DNA from: Lytechinus pictus
Taxonomy: Eukaryota
Reading direction: 5' to 3'
Assembly: GCF_037042905.1 (NCBI RefSeq)
Contig: NC_087251.1
Coordinates: 40,612,001 to 40,676,000, forward strand
Length of the DNA: 64,000 bases
A model generated the notes under the pieces. The model did not search any database. It saw nothing but the letters and a program-made list of their open reading frames with translations, and had not been told where the DNA came from. Shown here piece after piece: positions 28,510-41,292 of the stretch. A program made the translations under genes and the position numbers. The stretch's first letter is position 1. Each line of letters opens with the position of its first letter.

Positions 28510-29910
28510 ATGGTAAAGGTAATGGTCATGGTAACGCCAGTGGAGTAGTAATGATAATAGTGACGGTAATGGTCATGGTGTGGTAATGATGATAGTGATA
28601 GTAATGGTCATGGCAACGATAGTGTTGTGGTAATGATAATAGTGACGGTAATAGTCACGGTAACGGTAGTGTTGTGGTAATGGTACTAGTGACGGTAATG
28701 GTCATGGCAACGGTAGTGGTGTGGTAATTATAATAGTGATAGTAATGGTCATGGTAACGGTTGTGGTGTGGTAATGATTATAGTGACGGTAATAGTCATG
28801 GTAACGGTAGTGTTGTGGTAATGATAATAGTGATAGTAATGGTCACGGTAACGGTAGTGTTGTGGTAACGGTAATAGTGACGGTAATGGTCATGGTAACG
28901 GTTGTGGTGAGGTAATGATTATAGTGATAGTAATGGTCACGGTAACGGTAGTGTTGTGGTAATGGTACTAGTGACGGTAATGGTCATGGCAACGGTAGTG
29001 GTGTGGTAATGATAATAGTGATAGTAATGGTCATGGTAACGGTTGTGGTGTGGTAATGATTATAGTGACGGTAATAGTCATGGTAACGGTAGTGTTGTGG
29101 TAATGATTATAGTGATAGTAATGGTCACGGTAACGGTAGTGTTGTGGTAATGGTAATAGTGACGGTAATGGTCATGGTAACGGTTGTGGTGAGGTAATGA
29201 TTATAGTGACAGTAATGGTCACTGTAACGGTAGTGTTGTGGTAACGGTAATAGTGACGGTAATGGTCACGGTAACGGTGGTGTTGTGGTAATGATAATAA
29301 TGATAGTAATGTTCATGGTAACGGTAGTGGTGTGGATATGATAATAGTGATAGTAATGGTCACGGTAACGGTAGTGTTGGGGTAATGATAATAGTGACGG
29401 TAATAGTCATGGTAACGGTAGTGTTGTGGTAATGATAATAGTGATAGTAATGGTCACAGTAACGGTAGTGTTGTGGTAATGGTAATAGTGACGGTAATGG
29501 TCATGGTAACCGTTGTGGTGTGGTAATAATTATAGTGACAGCAATGGTCACGATAACGGTAGTGTTGTGGTAATGATAATAGTGACGGTAATGGTCATGG
29601 TAATGGTAGTGGTGTGGTAATGTTTATAGTGACGGTAATGGTCATGGTAACGGTAGTGGTTTGGTAATGATAATAGTGACGGTAATGGTCATAGTAACGG
29701 TAGTATTGTGGTAATGATAATAGTGACGGTAATGGTCATGGTAACGATAGTGTTGTGGTAATGGTCACGGTAACGGTAGTGTTGTTGTAATGATAATAGA
29801 GACGGAAGTGGTCATGGTAACGGTAGTGATGTGGTAATGATAATAGTGACAGTAATGGTCATGGTAACGGTAGTGGTGTGGTAATGATAATAGTGACAGT
29901 AACGGTTAAT
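28510..29910. repeat. 47-bp minisatellite, ~30 units, with 282-bp higher-order period
   Basis: Unit GTAATGGTCATGGTAACGGTAGTGTTGTGGTAATGATAATAGTGACG; variant marks recur at 282 bp. Confidence 0.9.
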
Positions 29911-30293
29911 TATAAATGGTATTTGCATGATATTAATGGTAATTGTAATAGTCATGAAGGTGTTAATGGTAATTGTAATGATAATGGTAACATGTAGTAT
30001 TGGAAATGGTAATAGTAATCGTAACGTTAATGATAATGGTAAGAATGACTATGTTTTTAACAAAAACATATATGCAGCCAAAGCTTAATTGCAGAATTTG
30101 GTACTAAGTAAATTCAATTAAATTCATTTCATTTATTTAATTCCGATAAAACATACATATATCATACACTTGCATGAACACCTATTTTAAACTTGAGCAA
30201 TGAAAAAAATAAAATATGATATACAATATAAGATTTTAAAAAGGTCACATCAGTATTGGAATAGGGTGGTCATAAAAACCAAATGGAATTGTC

Positions 30294-30532
30294 CACAGCA
30301 AAAACTGTGGTGTTAACCGGTGTACATAGAGGACCACACCAGTTATTTTACACCGGTGTTAAATTGACAGTATTAGTTTAACACCTACAGGTGTTATTAC
30401 AACACCTTTCGTTGTCACATCAACACCCTTTGGTATTATGTTCAATCCCTAGGGTGTAATTTTAACACCTCAGGGTGTGGTCCTCTATTAACACCGACTG
30501 GTGTCAGTTTTAACACCTCAGTTTTTACAGTG
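30294..30532. mobile_element. CAC..GTG (EnSpm/CACTA-like) MITE
   Basis: CACAGCAAAAACTGTGGTGTTAA / TTAACACCTCAGTTTTTACAGTG; repeated AACACC/GGTGTT. Confidence 0.7.
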
Positions 30533-31377
30533 TATAATTTGAATTTGAATGATAAGAACATGGATAAATCCTTAGGTAATACATAAATTTAAACGAGTCA
30601 TTGGGCAAATATAGTATGGAATGACAATGACGTTTGTAATGCGTTGTATTATAATAATAATAATAGGCATTGTGACTGATGGAAGGAATTATCATCGTTG
30701 TCAACAATAGGTTTTTAATCGACTGCAATGACGTCAACTACTAATAGTGCAAATGCGCTAAAAGAGCAAGAGACAATGTAAAAGGGTAAACGATACAAAT
30801 GGCATTTTTTAACCCATCCCACTGCAGTTCCGTCTTAAAACATCTTTCGTTTCCATGCATTTTCTTCTTACGCTGAATCTCGAGAGCCTTGAGTGCCCAT
30901 TATAAGAATTAAAGATTCTTAGACAAGTTCCTCTTAAAGGATTCTTTAGTTTCCCAAATTCGGCCTTTTCGCGAAAAGGCAAACACGGGGAGAGTGTTGG
31001 TTGTAAAACACTCCACTTTGCATTGATAAAATGAAGGTTGTCTGCTCGGTGAAGACGTGACAATAAAGAAAACTGCACTCATACAAGATACATGTATTTC
31101 GCTTGGGGTAGGAAGATTGAAATTATAGTCAATGTGATCTTATCAAATGAAGATTATAGTTATGACACTAATGAGAATGACTTTAGCAACGATAACATTA
31201 ATTGATTATCAAAATGACAATTATCATTGTAAATATCATCATAATTCATATCGTAATCATTATTTTTGTTGTTGATGTTGTTAATATCGTCATTTTATCA
31301 TACATTATGTAATTATCATTATTGTTATTATTGATAGTGGTAGTAAAATTAATGATAAAATCAGCAGAGCAGTAACA

Positions 31378-31394
31378 GTAGTAGTAGTAGAAGA

Positions 31395-31443
<49 letters not shown>

Positions 31444-31519
31444 ATATTAGTAGTAGTAGTAGCAGTAGTAGAAGTGATAGTAGTAGAAGTAGTAGTAATA
31501 GTAGTAGTAGTAGTAGTAT

Positions 31520-31596
<77 letters not shown>
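31378..31596. repeat. (TAG)n microsatellite
   Basis: Directly visible. Confidence 0.95.
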
Positions 31597-31729
31597 TGTT
31601 GTTGTTGTTGTTTTAGCTTATACGGCGCGTATCATTCAGTAGTGAATATTTGCGCCAAAATCACAATCCATAAAGTAATGTAATTTCGTAGGATTGGTTC
31701 AAATATTAATGAACATTTTACAAACCTTC

Positions 31730-31952
31730 ATTCTGAAACCGTGTATTACATAACAACGGAAAGTGGGGATGTGACATCATCAGCCCACCTAATGATTATT
31801 CATGACGACTGTTTCACAAAATATTGCTAACTTTAAAATTCAATAACTTTGTTATTTGTTATCCGATTTTGATGAAATTTTCGGCATTTTGCTCAGTGAA
31901 TTCTACTCTATTTATTAAGCTATTAATACTTTAAGCCCGGAACATCCATTTA
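31730..31952. mobile_element. Right half of Kolobok-like MITE K2
   Basis: Matches 50100-50297 (GTGGGGATGTGA..CATCAGCCCACCTAATG ... AGCCCGGA.CATCC). Confidence 0.65.
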
Positions 31953-32020
31953 ACTACTGCGTGGACAAAATGCATGCGCCAGACTCGTCTGTCACCATCC
32001 CCCCCCCCCCAAAAAAAAAA

Positions 32021-32876
32021 TTATCCCATGTAACATCCCTACTTCGTGATCTGCACTGGCTTTCAGTACGTCAGCGAATTAAATTCAAAATACTGTTGTT
32101 CACATTTCAGATAAAGCATGGCTCCCATCTCACTCCTAGCATTGAAATCACCCACCCACTACTACCAGGGAAGTGGAAGGAGGTTTCTGGTACTTGGGCT
32201 GGTACTAGACTTCGAAGTTATCATGACACCATGCTCCTCAGTCACCCACCTTTTAAAGGTCAAGTCCACCCCAGAAAAAAATAGAGAAAAATCAAACAAG
32301 CATTATGCTGAAAATTTCATCAAAATCGGATGTAAAATAAGAAAGTTATGACATTTTAAAGTTTCGCTTATTTTTCACAAAACAGTGAGATGCAAAACTC
32401 AGTGACATGCAAATGAGACAGTCGATGATGTCCCTCACTCACTATTTCTTTTGTTTTATATTGTTTGAACTATACAATATATCATTTTTTTACAGATTTG
32501 ACAATAAGGACCAACTTGATTGAACCATATAGTATTAAACAATGCTAATTGCACATGTTCAGGGAGGAATTAATCGTTGTTTCACACGACAACAGGGAGA
32601 AAATGGGAATATTTCATATTTCACATAATAAAATACGAAAGAAATAGTGAGTGATGTCATCAGTCTCCTCATTTGCATACCGACAAGGATGTGAATATAA
32701 CTGTTTTGTGAAACTATAAAATGTCATAACTTTCTTATTTTACATCCGATTTTGATGAACTTTTCAGTGTTATGCTTGTTGGATTTTTCTCTTTTTATTC
32801 GAATCAACTTTTTGTTGGGGTGGACTTGTCCTTTAACGAGGTGATCGTGCCTTTGTTAGTGCGGCCCCCAAACTTT
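32021..32876 (+). mobile_element. L2-clade LINE ORF2 C-terminal remnant, split by a MITE
   Basis: SHVTSLLRDLHWLSVRQRIKFKILLFTF before the MITE and RGDRAFVSAAPKL after it; both are characteristic L2 C-terminal motifs. Confidence 0.8.
32257..32832. mobile_element. Kolobok-like MITE K1, full length
   Basis: TTAA|AGGTCAAGTCCACCCCA ... TGGGGTGGACTTGTCCT|TTAA. Confidence 0.9.
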
Positions 32877-33100
32877 ATCTTTAGCATTATCTGTTAACTT
32901 GTTCAAAACTTAACTAAATACCTACTTTTTCAAGATAGTTTGAATGAATAAGTCACTTTTTGTTATATAATTTGTAGAGACAGTAGGCTTCCCTTTTCAC
33001 GTAATTATAATTTTTGTTATAATTTTTGTTTACTTATCTTGTTAACTATTTCACCTTTGGTGTGTTGGCTCAGTTGGTAGAGCGTCCGTCTTACAACCTG

Positions 33101-33237
33101 GAGAGCATTTCATGAAAGGACTTGTCAGACGTTTTATCCGACAGTTGTTATGGTAACAGTGCCTCTCAGCCACTCATTAATAAGGAAAGTTGTCAGACCT
33201 GACAACTTGTCGGACGAAAATGTTCATGAAACGTCCC
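33101..33237. mobile_element. Harbinger-like MITE
   Basis: GAGAGCATTTCATGAA / TTCATGAAACGTCCC; flanked by CTG/CGG; the empty site has a single CGG. Confidence 0.7.
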
Positions 33238-33300
33238 CGGGAGGTTGGGAGTTCAAACCCCGTCAGTCCAAAAGACGTTAAAAGATGGGAGTTGCTACTA

Positions 33301-33491
33301 CACTACAAAAACTCCGGTGTTGTTAAACAACACCAGTTGGGTTTTGGTCTAACACCAGATATGTGTTTATACAACACCAATTAGTATTAAAACAGAATCG
33401 GTTTGATTCCAAACTGCTGTTATTTCAATACTTTTCTGGTGTGGACAGATATAGATTCCGGGCTGGTGTCAACGCCGGAGTTTTTGCAGTG
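33301..33491. mobile_element. CACT..AGTG MITE with TA TSD
   Basis: CACTACAAAAACTCCGGTGTT / AACGCCGGAGTTTTTGCAGTG; TA duplicated relative to the empty SINE copy. Confidence 0.85.
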
Positions 33492-34499
33492 TACACTGTT
33501 TGGCGGTCGACGATTAAAGGGATAGAGCCTCGTCGATCTGGCGCCGCACAGCGCCTGTCGGGCCCTCGATCAATTGGGCAAAGCAAATTTTCGGAGTTTT
33601 TCATTCATGTATGTTTCAAACAATAAAATATGGATTTTCATGGATTTTTCTTGAAGTATTGTAATGCGCAGTTGAGTATATACATATAGAAATTGCGCAA
33701 TATAGATGTTCAATTATTATCATTAATATTATGAGTGTCCGACAAAGAGGTTACCATTCTATTCTACTATCGTGAATGAAATACAGATCTACTTTTATTT
33801 TTATTTTATTTATTTATTTATTCATTTATTTATTTATTTATTTATTCATTCATTCATTTATTTATTTATTCATGTTAAGAATGGGTCGTTGTAATGTAGA
33901 GTAAATGTGGAGTTATATAGGTATCCATTGTAACAAAGTCATAAATGCGTGTAGCTGAAGGCATCAAATCTCACATCTCATTTCTTACTTATAATGGGAT
34001 AAAGGCAAGTGACATCAAGATTCTTGTCCCCGTCTTTGAGATCGATAAACAATTTCCTTTTACCGCTTCTACCGCCCAAAGGGCGACTAGTTTTGCACCT
34101 GGTATTCTCTCACCGTCTGAATAAAAACCCTCACTAAAGTAAGCTGATTAAATAATGATACTCTCACCAGGTGATAGTCATAATAACGTCTGAGATTTGT
34201 TGGGCTGTTTCATATTTTGAAAAATGAAGAGAAAGGGTATTTTTCCCACTATGATACATAAAGACGTTTAAAATATACCAACGGGAACAGAAAGCAACAA
34301 TTACTAGTCCTCCTATACATGTACTACTTTTTAAATATGTTCACGTACAATTTTTGTGTATGTCGACTTGGCGAGATATCGTTTCTCACCATGCTGACAT
34401 ACAACTTTTCATATGTCAACTTGCGAGATAACGTATCTCGCCACTATGTCGACTTGGTGAGATAAATTATCTCGTTCTATTCCATTTTCTTATTATATA

Positions 34500-34500
34500 A

Positions 34501-34553
<53 letters not shown>

Positions 34554-34586
34554 GTAGTAGTAGTAGTAGTAGTACTACTACTACTT

Positions 34587-34643
<57 letters not shown>

Positions 34644-34658
34644 GTACTACTACTACTT

Positions 34659-34725
<67 letters not shown>

Positions 34726-34760
34726 TACTACTACTACTACTACTACTGCTACAACTACCA
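34500..34760. repeat. (CTA)n microsatellite
   Basis: Directly visible. Confidence 0.95.
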
Positions 34761-35683
34761 TGTATGTTTTGCTTTGATATTATGAATCATAAGTGTATAT
34801 GAGTGTAATATTTTAACTTGCTTTTCAGTCGACCGATGAAGAATCAATCCGAAACAGCCAAGGCGCAATATCAGTTTCTAATTTCGATTTACTTTCGAAG
34901 TGACATAGCGTGATCAGTTATGTTTGTTTCGGCGCTCTTTTATTTGCTCATAAGAATAGAGGATTTCAAGACACTGTTTTCTCTTATCTGCTCGAAACTT
35001 TGGAAGCGTACGTTTACAAAATAATTAAGATATTAGGTTTCACGGGCCTAATTACAACTGGCAGGCAAAAGATATTAATTCGAGCCAACCCATTCTCAAT
35101 ATTTAAATTTGATATTGCTGATTGACAAAAATGAATGAATATGACTGACAATCTAACACTGATTCTATAGGGAGGGTACCTACTGAAGTTCCTTTTTCCA
35201 AATTTGAAAGATATATCACCACTTTGGAACTATTTTTTTTTACTAGCGGAAGAATTAGGGCCATTTTACTCTCTCAGGTGATGAATTTGTGTTGTTGTTG
35301 TTGTTTTTATTTTGGGTTTTAAGGCGCGTATCATGCAGATATGAATATTTACGATGAATTTGATCTTGCCAGGAGTAGTCTTCATAAATGCCGATTTATT
35401 TTTAAAATGAGCCTGTCGAGGTACCCTATTATGATCAGATATGGAATCGCTGATGTGGTTTACGGTACACCATGTGAAGTGTTGTAGAAACAGTGGATAG
35501 GAGAAGAGAAGAAATTGATAGGCGAGAAAGTGGAGATTTGAGAGTAGAGTATTCTTTCTTGAAAGTAGTCCTGAAAAGGACTGTAAACCAAGAAAGATTG
35601 ATGAGTTGAGAACAGCTTGAGTAGTAGAGCTAGTGAGGAGATACTGGCTTGAGTCGGCGAGTAGAGATGATGAGTAGTAGAGA

Positions 35684-35726
35684 GACTCGACGTTTCGGGC
35701 AGGTTGACTGTCCGTCTTCAGGAGAC
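35684..35726 (-). ncRNA. Minimal hammerhead ribozyme motif (inverted copy)
   Basis: Reverse complement of 35769-35811. Confidence 0.65.
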
Positions 35727-35768
35727 TGTCTTCGGGCAGGTTGACTGTCCGTCTTCAGGAGACTGTCC

Positions 35769-35811
35769 GTCTCCTGAAGACGGACAGTCAACCTGCCCGA
35801 AACGTCGAGTC
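35769..35811 (+). ncRNA. Minimal type-I hammerhead ribozyme motif
   Basis: CTC-CTGAAGA-c-GGACAG tcaac CTGCCC-GAAAC-GTC-GAG: CUGANGA box, stem II, GAAA box, GUC site, short stem I. Confidence 0.65.
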
Positions 35812-36196
35812 TCTCTACTACTCATCATCTCTACTCGCCGACTCTACTCTCAAATCTCCACTTTCTCGCCTATCAATTTCTTCTCTTCTCCTATCCACTG
35901 TTTCTACAACACTTCACATGGTGTACCGTAAACCACATCAGCGATTGTACATACCACCATGCAAACCTTCAAACAACATCAGATATGGAATGTCAGACAT
36001 ATATCCTATCCACTGGTAGTAAACATTCAACCATCGAATTTCCTCCTTATTTTTTATGAATTTTTTTAAGTGCCACTTTAACACACGAGTCTATTATTTA
36101 GGCCTGTGATACCATTATCTCTGTGGCTCGAAATAGCGAGAGCGCCATCTGCCATGTAGTTTTAGAGAATTAGACTCGAATGCTGATTTTTGTTTT

Positions 36197-36355
36197 CAAT
36201 GGGAACCCCTGCCTTCTTGCTATATAGGCGCTCAGCATTATAGAATGGAGAATGGTAACACATATTATGATATGCAGGGCCCGCTGGAAGAACAGCTTAC
36301 AGCTGAAGCGGCTATCCAGGTTAAATGATAGATATCATCATCATTATTATTGTCA
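36197..36355 (+). mobile_element. SINE 3' half (family of 7544-7809)
   Basis: CTGCCTTCTTG..GGCGCTCAGCATT..GGAGAA..CAGGGCCCGCTGG..CTGAAG. Confidence 0.7.
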
Positions 36356-36361
36356 TAGTTA

Positions 36362-36595
36362 GTACTTATATAGCTGGATTTTTAGTACGCTTTTGCCCGA
36401 GGATACAAAGCATGCTATTATTACACCGACTACAGACGTGCTGTCTACATGCGCTCTGGCAGGAATTTCTTCCTACCGGGTACCCATTCACCTCACCTGG
36501 GTTGAGTGCAGCACGATGTGGGGATATTTCTTGCTTGAAGGAAACACGCCATCGAAGACGAGAGTCATAACCATTAGACCACGATGCCCCCACCA
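36362..36595 (-). mobile_element. tRNA-derived SINE (CORE-like), B-box deleted
   Basis: Minus strand TGGTCTAATGG A-box, then GCAAGAAAT..GCTGCACTCAACCCAGGTGAGGTGAATGGGTACCCGG as in 19918-20218. Confidence 0.7.
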
Positions 36596-36604
36596 AATTA
36601 TCAT

Positions 36605-37040
<436 letters not shown>

Positions 37041-37907
37041 AATAACAAGCCCCCCACCCCCCCCCCCCCCCCGGGTCCAGAAATAACATAATCAACATCA
37101 TAAAGCGTTCGTTTGGATTTGAAATTCACGAAAGAGCATTGCGAGCGAGAAGAATCTCGAATTTTGTATACAAATTTGACGTTTTTATAGTTACTTTTAA
37201 TGATCTTAAATCCCGACAGATCAAATTCTATTAGGCTTATAGCAAAGATACATAGCATCGTCACTTTTGTCATATTTTATTGGAGGTTCAGACAATTTTC
37301 ATCAAATGTCCTTGTAAAATATTTTGGCTGATTTTACCAACAAAAATATAATGTCAACGTAAAAATTATCGAGTTTGGATAGCTCGCTTTACTCATTCGT
37401 ATATTATATACTGTATCCCAAATTAAGCCCATTCATTTGGTTTGCATCATGATGTTACCGAACTGTAAAGGAAAAAATTGTTTTTACCTCATGATTCTTT
37501 GCTTCTTTCAATCTAATTAAGTATTCCAATGAACTATTCTATCATACTTATTTATCGCAATATTGTGTGATTTAAAGATTTCAGTATCGATTGATTTTTT
37601 TTTCTTCACGCTTTCCTACCAATGGAAAAAAATCGCCCTTGATGACATACATCATTCCAGACCGGTATTCAGTTTAATGCTACAAGTCAGAAAAAATAGT
37701 ACTTCTTTAAGATATTTTCTTGGATAAAATAGGAATTACATTTTGGAAATTTCTTAGCTAGCAAATTTTGCTTCATTCAAATCTTAAATTACATTACGGC
37801 CCTAGATTAAATGAATGTTCCTCTAAAAGAGGAGATACACAAATGCGTGGAATGAATAATACTCATGTAGTAGATTAATTCAGTGCACAGTTGTATTCAC
37901 GAGTATC

Positions 37908-38530
37908 AATCTTTGTTCCGTCAGCAGTTTGCAAACGACACAATATGAAAACAAGAAAAGTTCGTTTGTCTGCAAATATCGACATTATCAATGATATTAG
38001 CGAAAAGGAATCTTCTTCGATAATGGTTGTTGGCTTAAACTATTGACCCTTGACTCAGAGATCGATTAACAGCATTTGATTCTTATGCAGGTTCACATGT
38101 CATGAAGTTCAACATGAAGCGCTCTTGAAATGTATAACAATCATACTAACAACACATTTCCTTCTCTTTTCTTCTTCTTCCTCTTCTTCTTTTTCTTTGT
38201 TTTTTTTTCTTCTTCTTCTTCTATTCCTTCTGGATTCGCTTATGTATAGAAAGGATTTTTTAAGAAAAGAAGAGCTATGGAAGAGAAAAGAAGAAAGAAT
38301 GAAGAAGAAGAGCGAAGAAAATTGAAAGAATAAAAGACACGAAGAGGAGAGGAGATTCAGATTCTCTCCAAACAGTGATATCATACCGATCTACATTATA
38401 CGTGGAAATATACGGAAATTGCAAAAATATATATGAACCAAAATATCAATTTTGCATTTGTTAGTCTGCAAAGTTGAAATCTCTTTATTATTGGAACTGC
38501 CCGTTCAATTTTATTGTAATGATCGGTGTT
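37908..38530 (+). repeat. Local segmental duplication, copy A
   Basis: Collinear with 40090-40750 and 49148-50415 (e.g. GACCCTTGACTCAGAGATCGATT, GAGATTCAGATTCTCTCCAAACAGTGATATCATACCGAT). Confidence 0.85.
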
Positions 38531-38531
38531 G

Positions 38532-38930
38532 CATAGGCGGATTCAGGGGGCGAGGGGCCCGGGCACCCCCCCCCCCCCCCCGGTGGAGCAAAAAATAAGA
38601 GGGAAAAAGAAAAAAAAGGAGGGGAAAGAGAAAAGGGAAAATAAGAGGAAGACGAGTGAATAAAATAAGAAGAGGGGAAGACTTGGAAAGTAATTTTTAA
38701 AATCTTTCATGTCACTATATACAATTTTCGCTCGCGCTTCACGCTCGCATTGCCTGTCCGATGAGATTCATATTTCGCTCAATATGATGATATGGAGCCT
38801 AAAATATCAAGTTTTGAAAATCAATATACATAACATATTTTAGCTCGGACATCGAGCTTTCATTATTTTGTTTGATTTGCAAATTGATTTTTTACGTGCT
38901 CTGTAAATGTCCGTTTTACAAAATATCAAT
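38532..38930. mobile_element. hAT-like element Y terminus (truncated)
   Basis: CATAGGCGGATTCAGGGG terminus; reverse complement of the ends at 46647 and 57397. Confidence 0.7.
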
Positions 38931-39587
38931 ATTTTATGAAAAATGGAAGTGGTATAATGGCTGAAACATAATCTCTCTATATACTGTTCGCTATACGGCG
39001 TGAATTTGGGCTTTCATTATCCTGCTTCTCACAATCTACCAAAGTCTAGAGCCGTAAAATAAACATGGATTGACCTTCAATCTCCCCATTGTAAGGAAAT
39101 AATGAAAGAACAAATTAATTATGTAACCCATTCATAGAGCTATGTTATCGTTGTCATTTAAATGATAATCAATGGGAGTTGAGATCAATCAGTGGAAAAG
39201 CATCAGTAAGCCATTTTGTATTCGTATAATTTCATTGGAATGGAATTTTTAATTGTAATGAATTATTGATTACTAGTTATTTCTATACTTGTACTCTTTT
39301 TTTCAAGTATTGTCATCTTTTGTCAAATCTAGGCTATATGTATATTATTTGTTTGTAGCCTTTATGTAAACGGATATTCACTTTCACTGTATAATTTTAT
39401 TAATGTAATAATGGCTTTATAATTATGCTTAATATGGTAGTTGGATGTTTATTGACGTGAAGTTGTAAACAAAACTAATTTCCAATATGGATAAATAAAG
39501 ACGAACTTCAACTTGAAGGAGTACGGTTTACTGTATAGGAGTGGAATCACTTTGTTGCCATTTTGGGTTTGTTTTCTTTGTTTTGTA

Positions 39588-39843
39588 TGAAAATGAAAAA
39601 TGAAAATCCATATTTTATTGTTCGAAATAGACATGAAATGAAATACTCCGAAAATTTGCTTTGCCCAATTGATTGTGGGCCCGGCAGCCGCTGCGCGGCG
39701 CCAGATCGACGAGGCTCTGTCCCTTTAATCGTTGAACGCCAAACAGGGTAGCAGCAACTCCCATCTTTTAACGTCTTTTGGTCTGAACCCCCGACCTCCC
39801 GGTTGTGAGACAGACGCTCTACCAACTGAGCCGACACACCGGT
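39588..39843 (-). mobile_element. tRNA-derived SINE, uninterrupted
   Basis: Minus strand CGGCTCAGTTGGTAGAGCG head, CAAAAGACGTTAAAAGATGGGAG middle, (TTTTCA)n tail; absent from the paralogous site at ~42143. Confidence 0.85.
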
Positions 39844-40035
39844 TATCAAGGAAAGTGTTGCTGCAACATGTTATTTGTTGTAGGTTTATAGTTGTAAGGT
39901 TTATAGTTGTAAACAGAAATTGTAGTATTAGACTGTGATTGTCAACTGGTATTCATGAAGTATCAACTTATAGACTGTTTCCAAATTATATAACCTATTC
40001 TCTTATTTTTAAACTAATTTTTATTTTATATTTCA

Positions 40036-40352
40036 AACACGGCTACTGTAAGGTTCATATAAACAGCATTGTGTAACATTATGAGTAACAATCTTTGCTC
40101 TGTCAGCAGTTGGCACACGACACAATGTGAAAACAAGAAATATTCGTTTGTCAGTAAATATTTACATTATTAATAATACATGTACACCCTTATAGCGAAA
40201 AGGATATATTTGTTGATAATGGTTGTTAGCGTAAAGTATTGACCCTTGACTAGAGATCGATTAACAGCAATTGATTCGTATGCAGGTTTATATTGATATA
40301 TATCACATGTCATGAAGTTCAACATGAAGCGCTCTTGATTTACTTCTTTTCT

Positions 40353-40384
<32 letters not shown>

Positions 40385-41028
40385 TCCTCCTTCTTCTTTT
40401 GGGGTCGTCAATGGGAGGGGGGGGGGGATCTATTCCTCGCTGGATTCGCTTATGTATAGACATTATTTTTTTAAGAAAAGAAGAGCTCTGGAAGAGAAAA
40501 GAAGAAAGATGGAAGAAAAAGAGCGAAGAAAATTGAAAGAATAAAAGACACGAAGAGAGAGGAGATTCAGATTCTCTCCAAACAGTGATATCATACCGAT
40601 CTACGTTGCGTTGAAGTATTAAATTACAAAAATATATATGAACCAAAATCATCAATACTGCATTTTGCCCCGGCATTTTGTTAGTCTGCAAAGTTTGAAT
40701 CTCTTTATTTTTGGAATCGCTCATTCAATTTTATTTTAATGATCGGTGATGCTCTTATTTAATTGTTATCATCTCAATAATCTTAAATTGAACCATCAAT
40801 TCCAGTGGATTATCATCTAATAATGATAACAATACTCTATCATACCACAATTATTCCAACCAAACCAACTCCGAACAGGTCAAACATTATGAACAAAACA
40901 AAGTGAAAATGAAACCTTTTTTTAGGAATTTAAATTGATAAGTGAAGATCTGTAACCTTTCCCAAATTTGTCTCGGTACATTGATTGATTCATTCATTCA
41001 TTATCATGCCCATCAGCAAAGTAAATAC
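40036..41028 (+). repeat. Local segmental duplication, copy B
   Basis: Collinear with 49097-50671 minus the K2 MITE. Confidence 0.85.
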
Positions 41029-41292
41029 ACACTAAGAAAAATAGGTTCCACTTTGCACCTTTAATGATATAGACCAAATGTCACACTGGGAGCACCTTTA
41101 AAGTGCAACTTTGTACCTTTTAAGAAAGGTGCAACTTTGCACCTCTCTGAAAGGTGCAAATTAGCACCATTAAGGTGCTTATTTGCACCTCAGGAGAAAT
41201 GCGAAGTTGTACCTGTCCAAAAAGGTACAAAGTTTCACCTTTAAGGTGGTCCCAATGTGACAACTGGTCTGCACCGTTAAAAGGTGCAAATT
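41029..41292. mobile_element. CACTA-like MITE fragment with AAAGGTGCAA/TTGCACCTTT repeats
   Basis: Starts (A)CACTAAGAAAAATAGG; multiple inverted GCACCTTT motifs. Confidence 0.55.

Larger units (their letters stand above)
33058..33650 (+). mobile_element. tRNA-derived SINE interrupted by two MITEs
   Basis: Collinear with the uninterrupted inverted copy at 39588-39843 once 33101-33237 and 33301-33491 are removed. Confidence 0.85.
35448..35977. mobile_element. Penelope-like retroelement pLTR fragment in inverted (palindromic) configuration
   Basis: Arms 35445-35726 and 35769-35946 are reverse complements; 14-bp direct repeat ATCAGATATGGAAT flanks (35434-35447, 35978-35991); hammerhead core present. 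Confidence 0.7.

Noticed and set aside
35551..35650. Intron retained in one arm of the Penelope-like palindrome
   Set aside because: Boundaries are not GT-AG; the segment is bounded by ACTC microhomology, consistent with a simple deletion in the right arm
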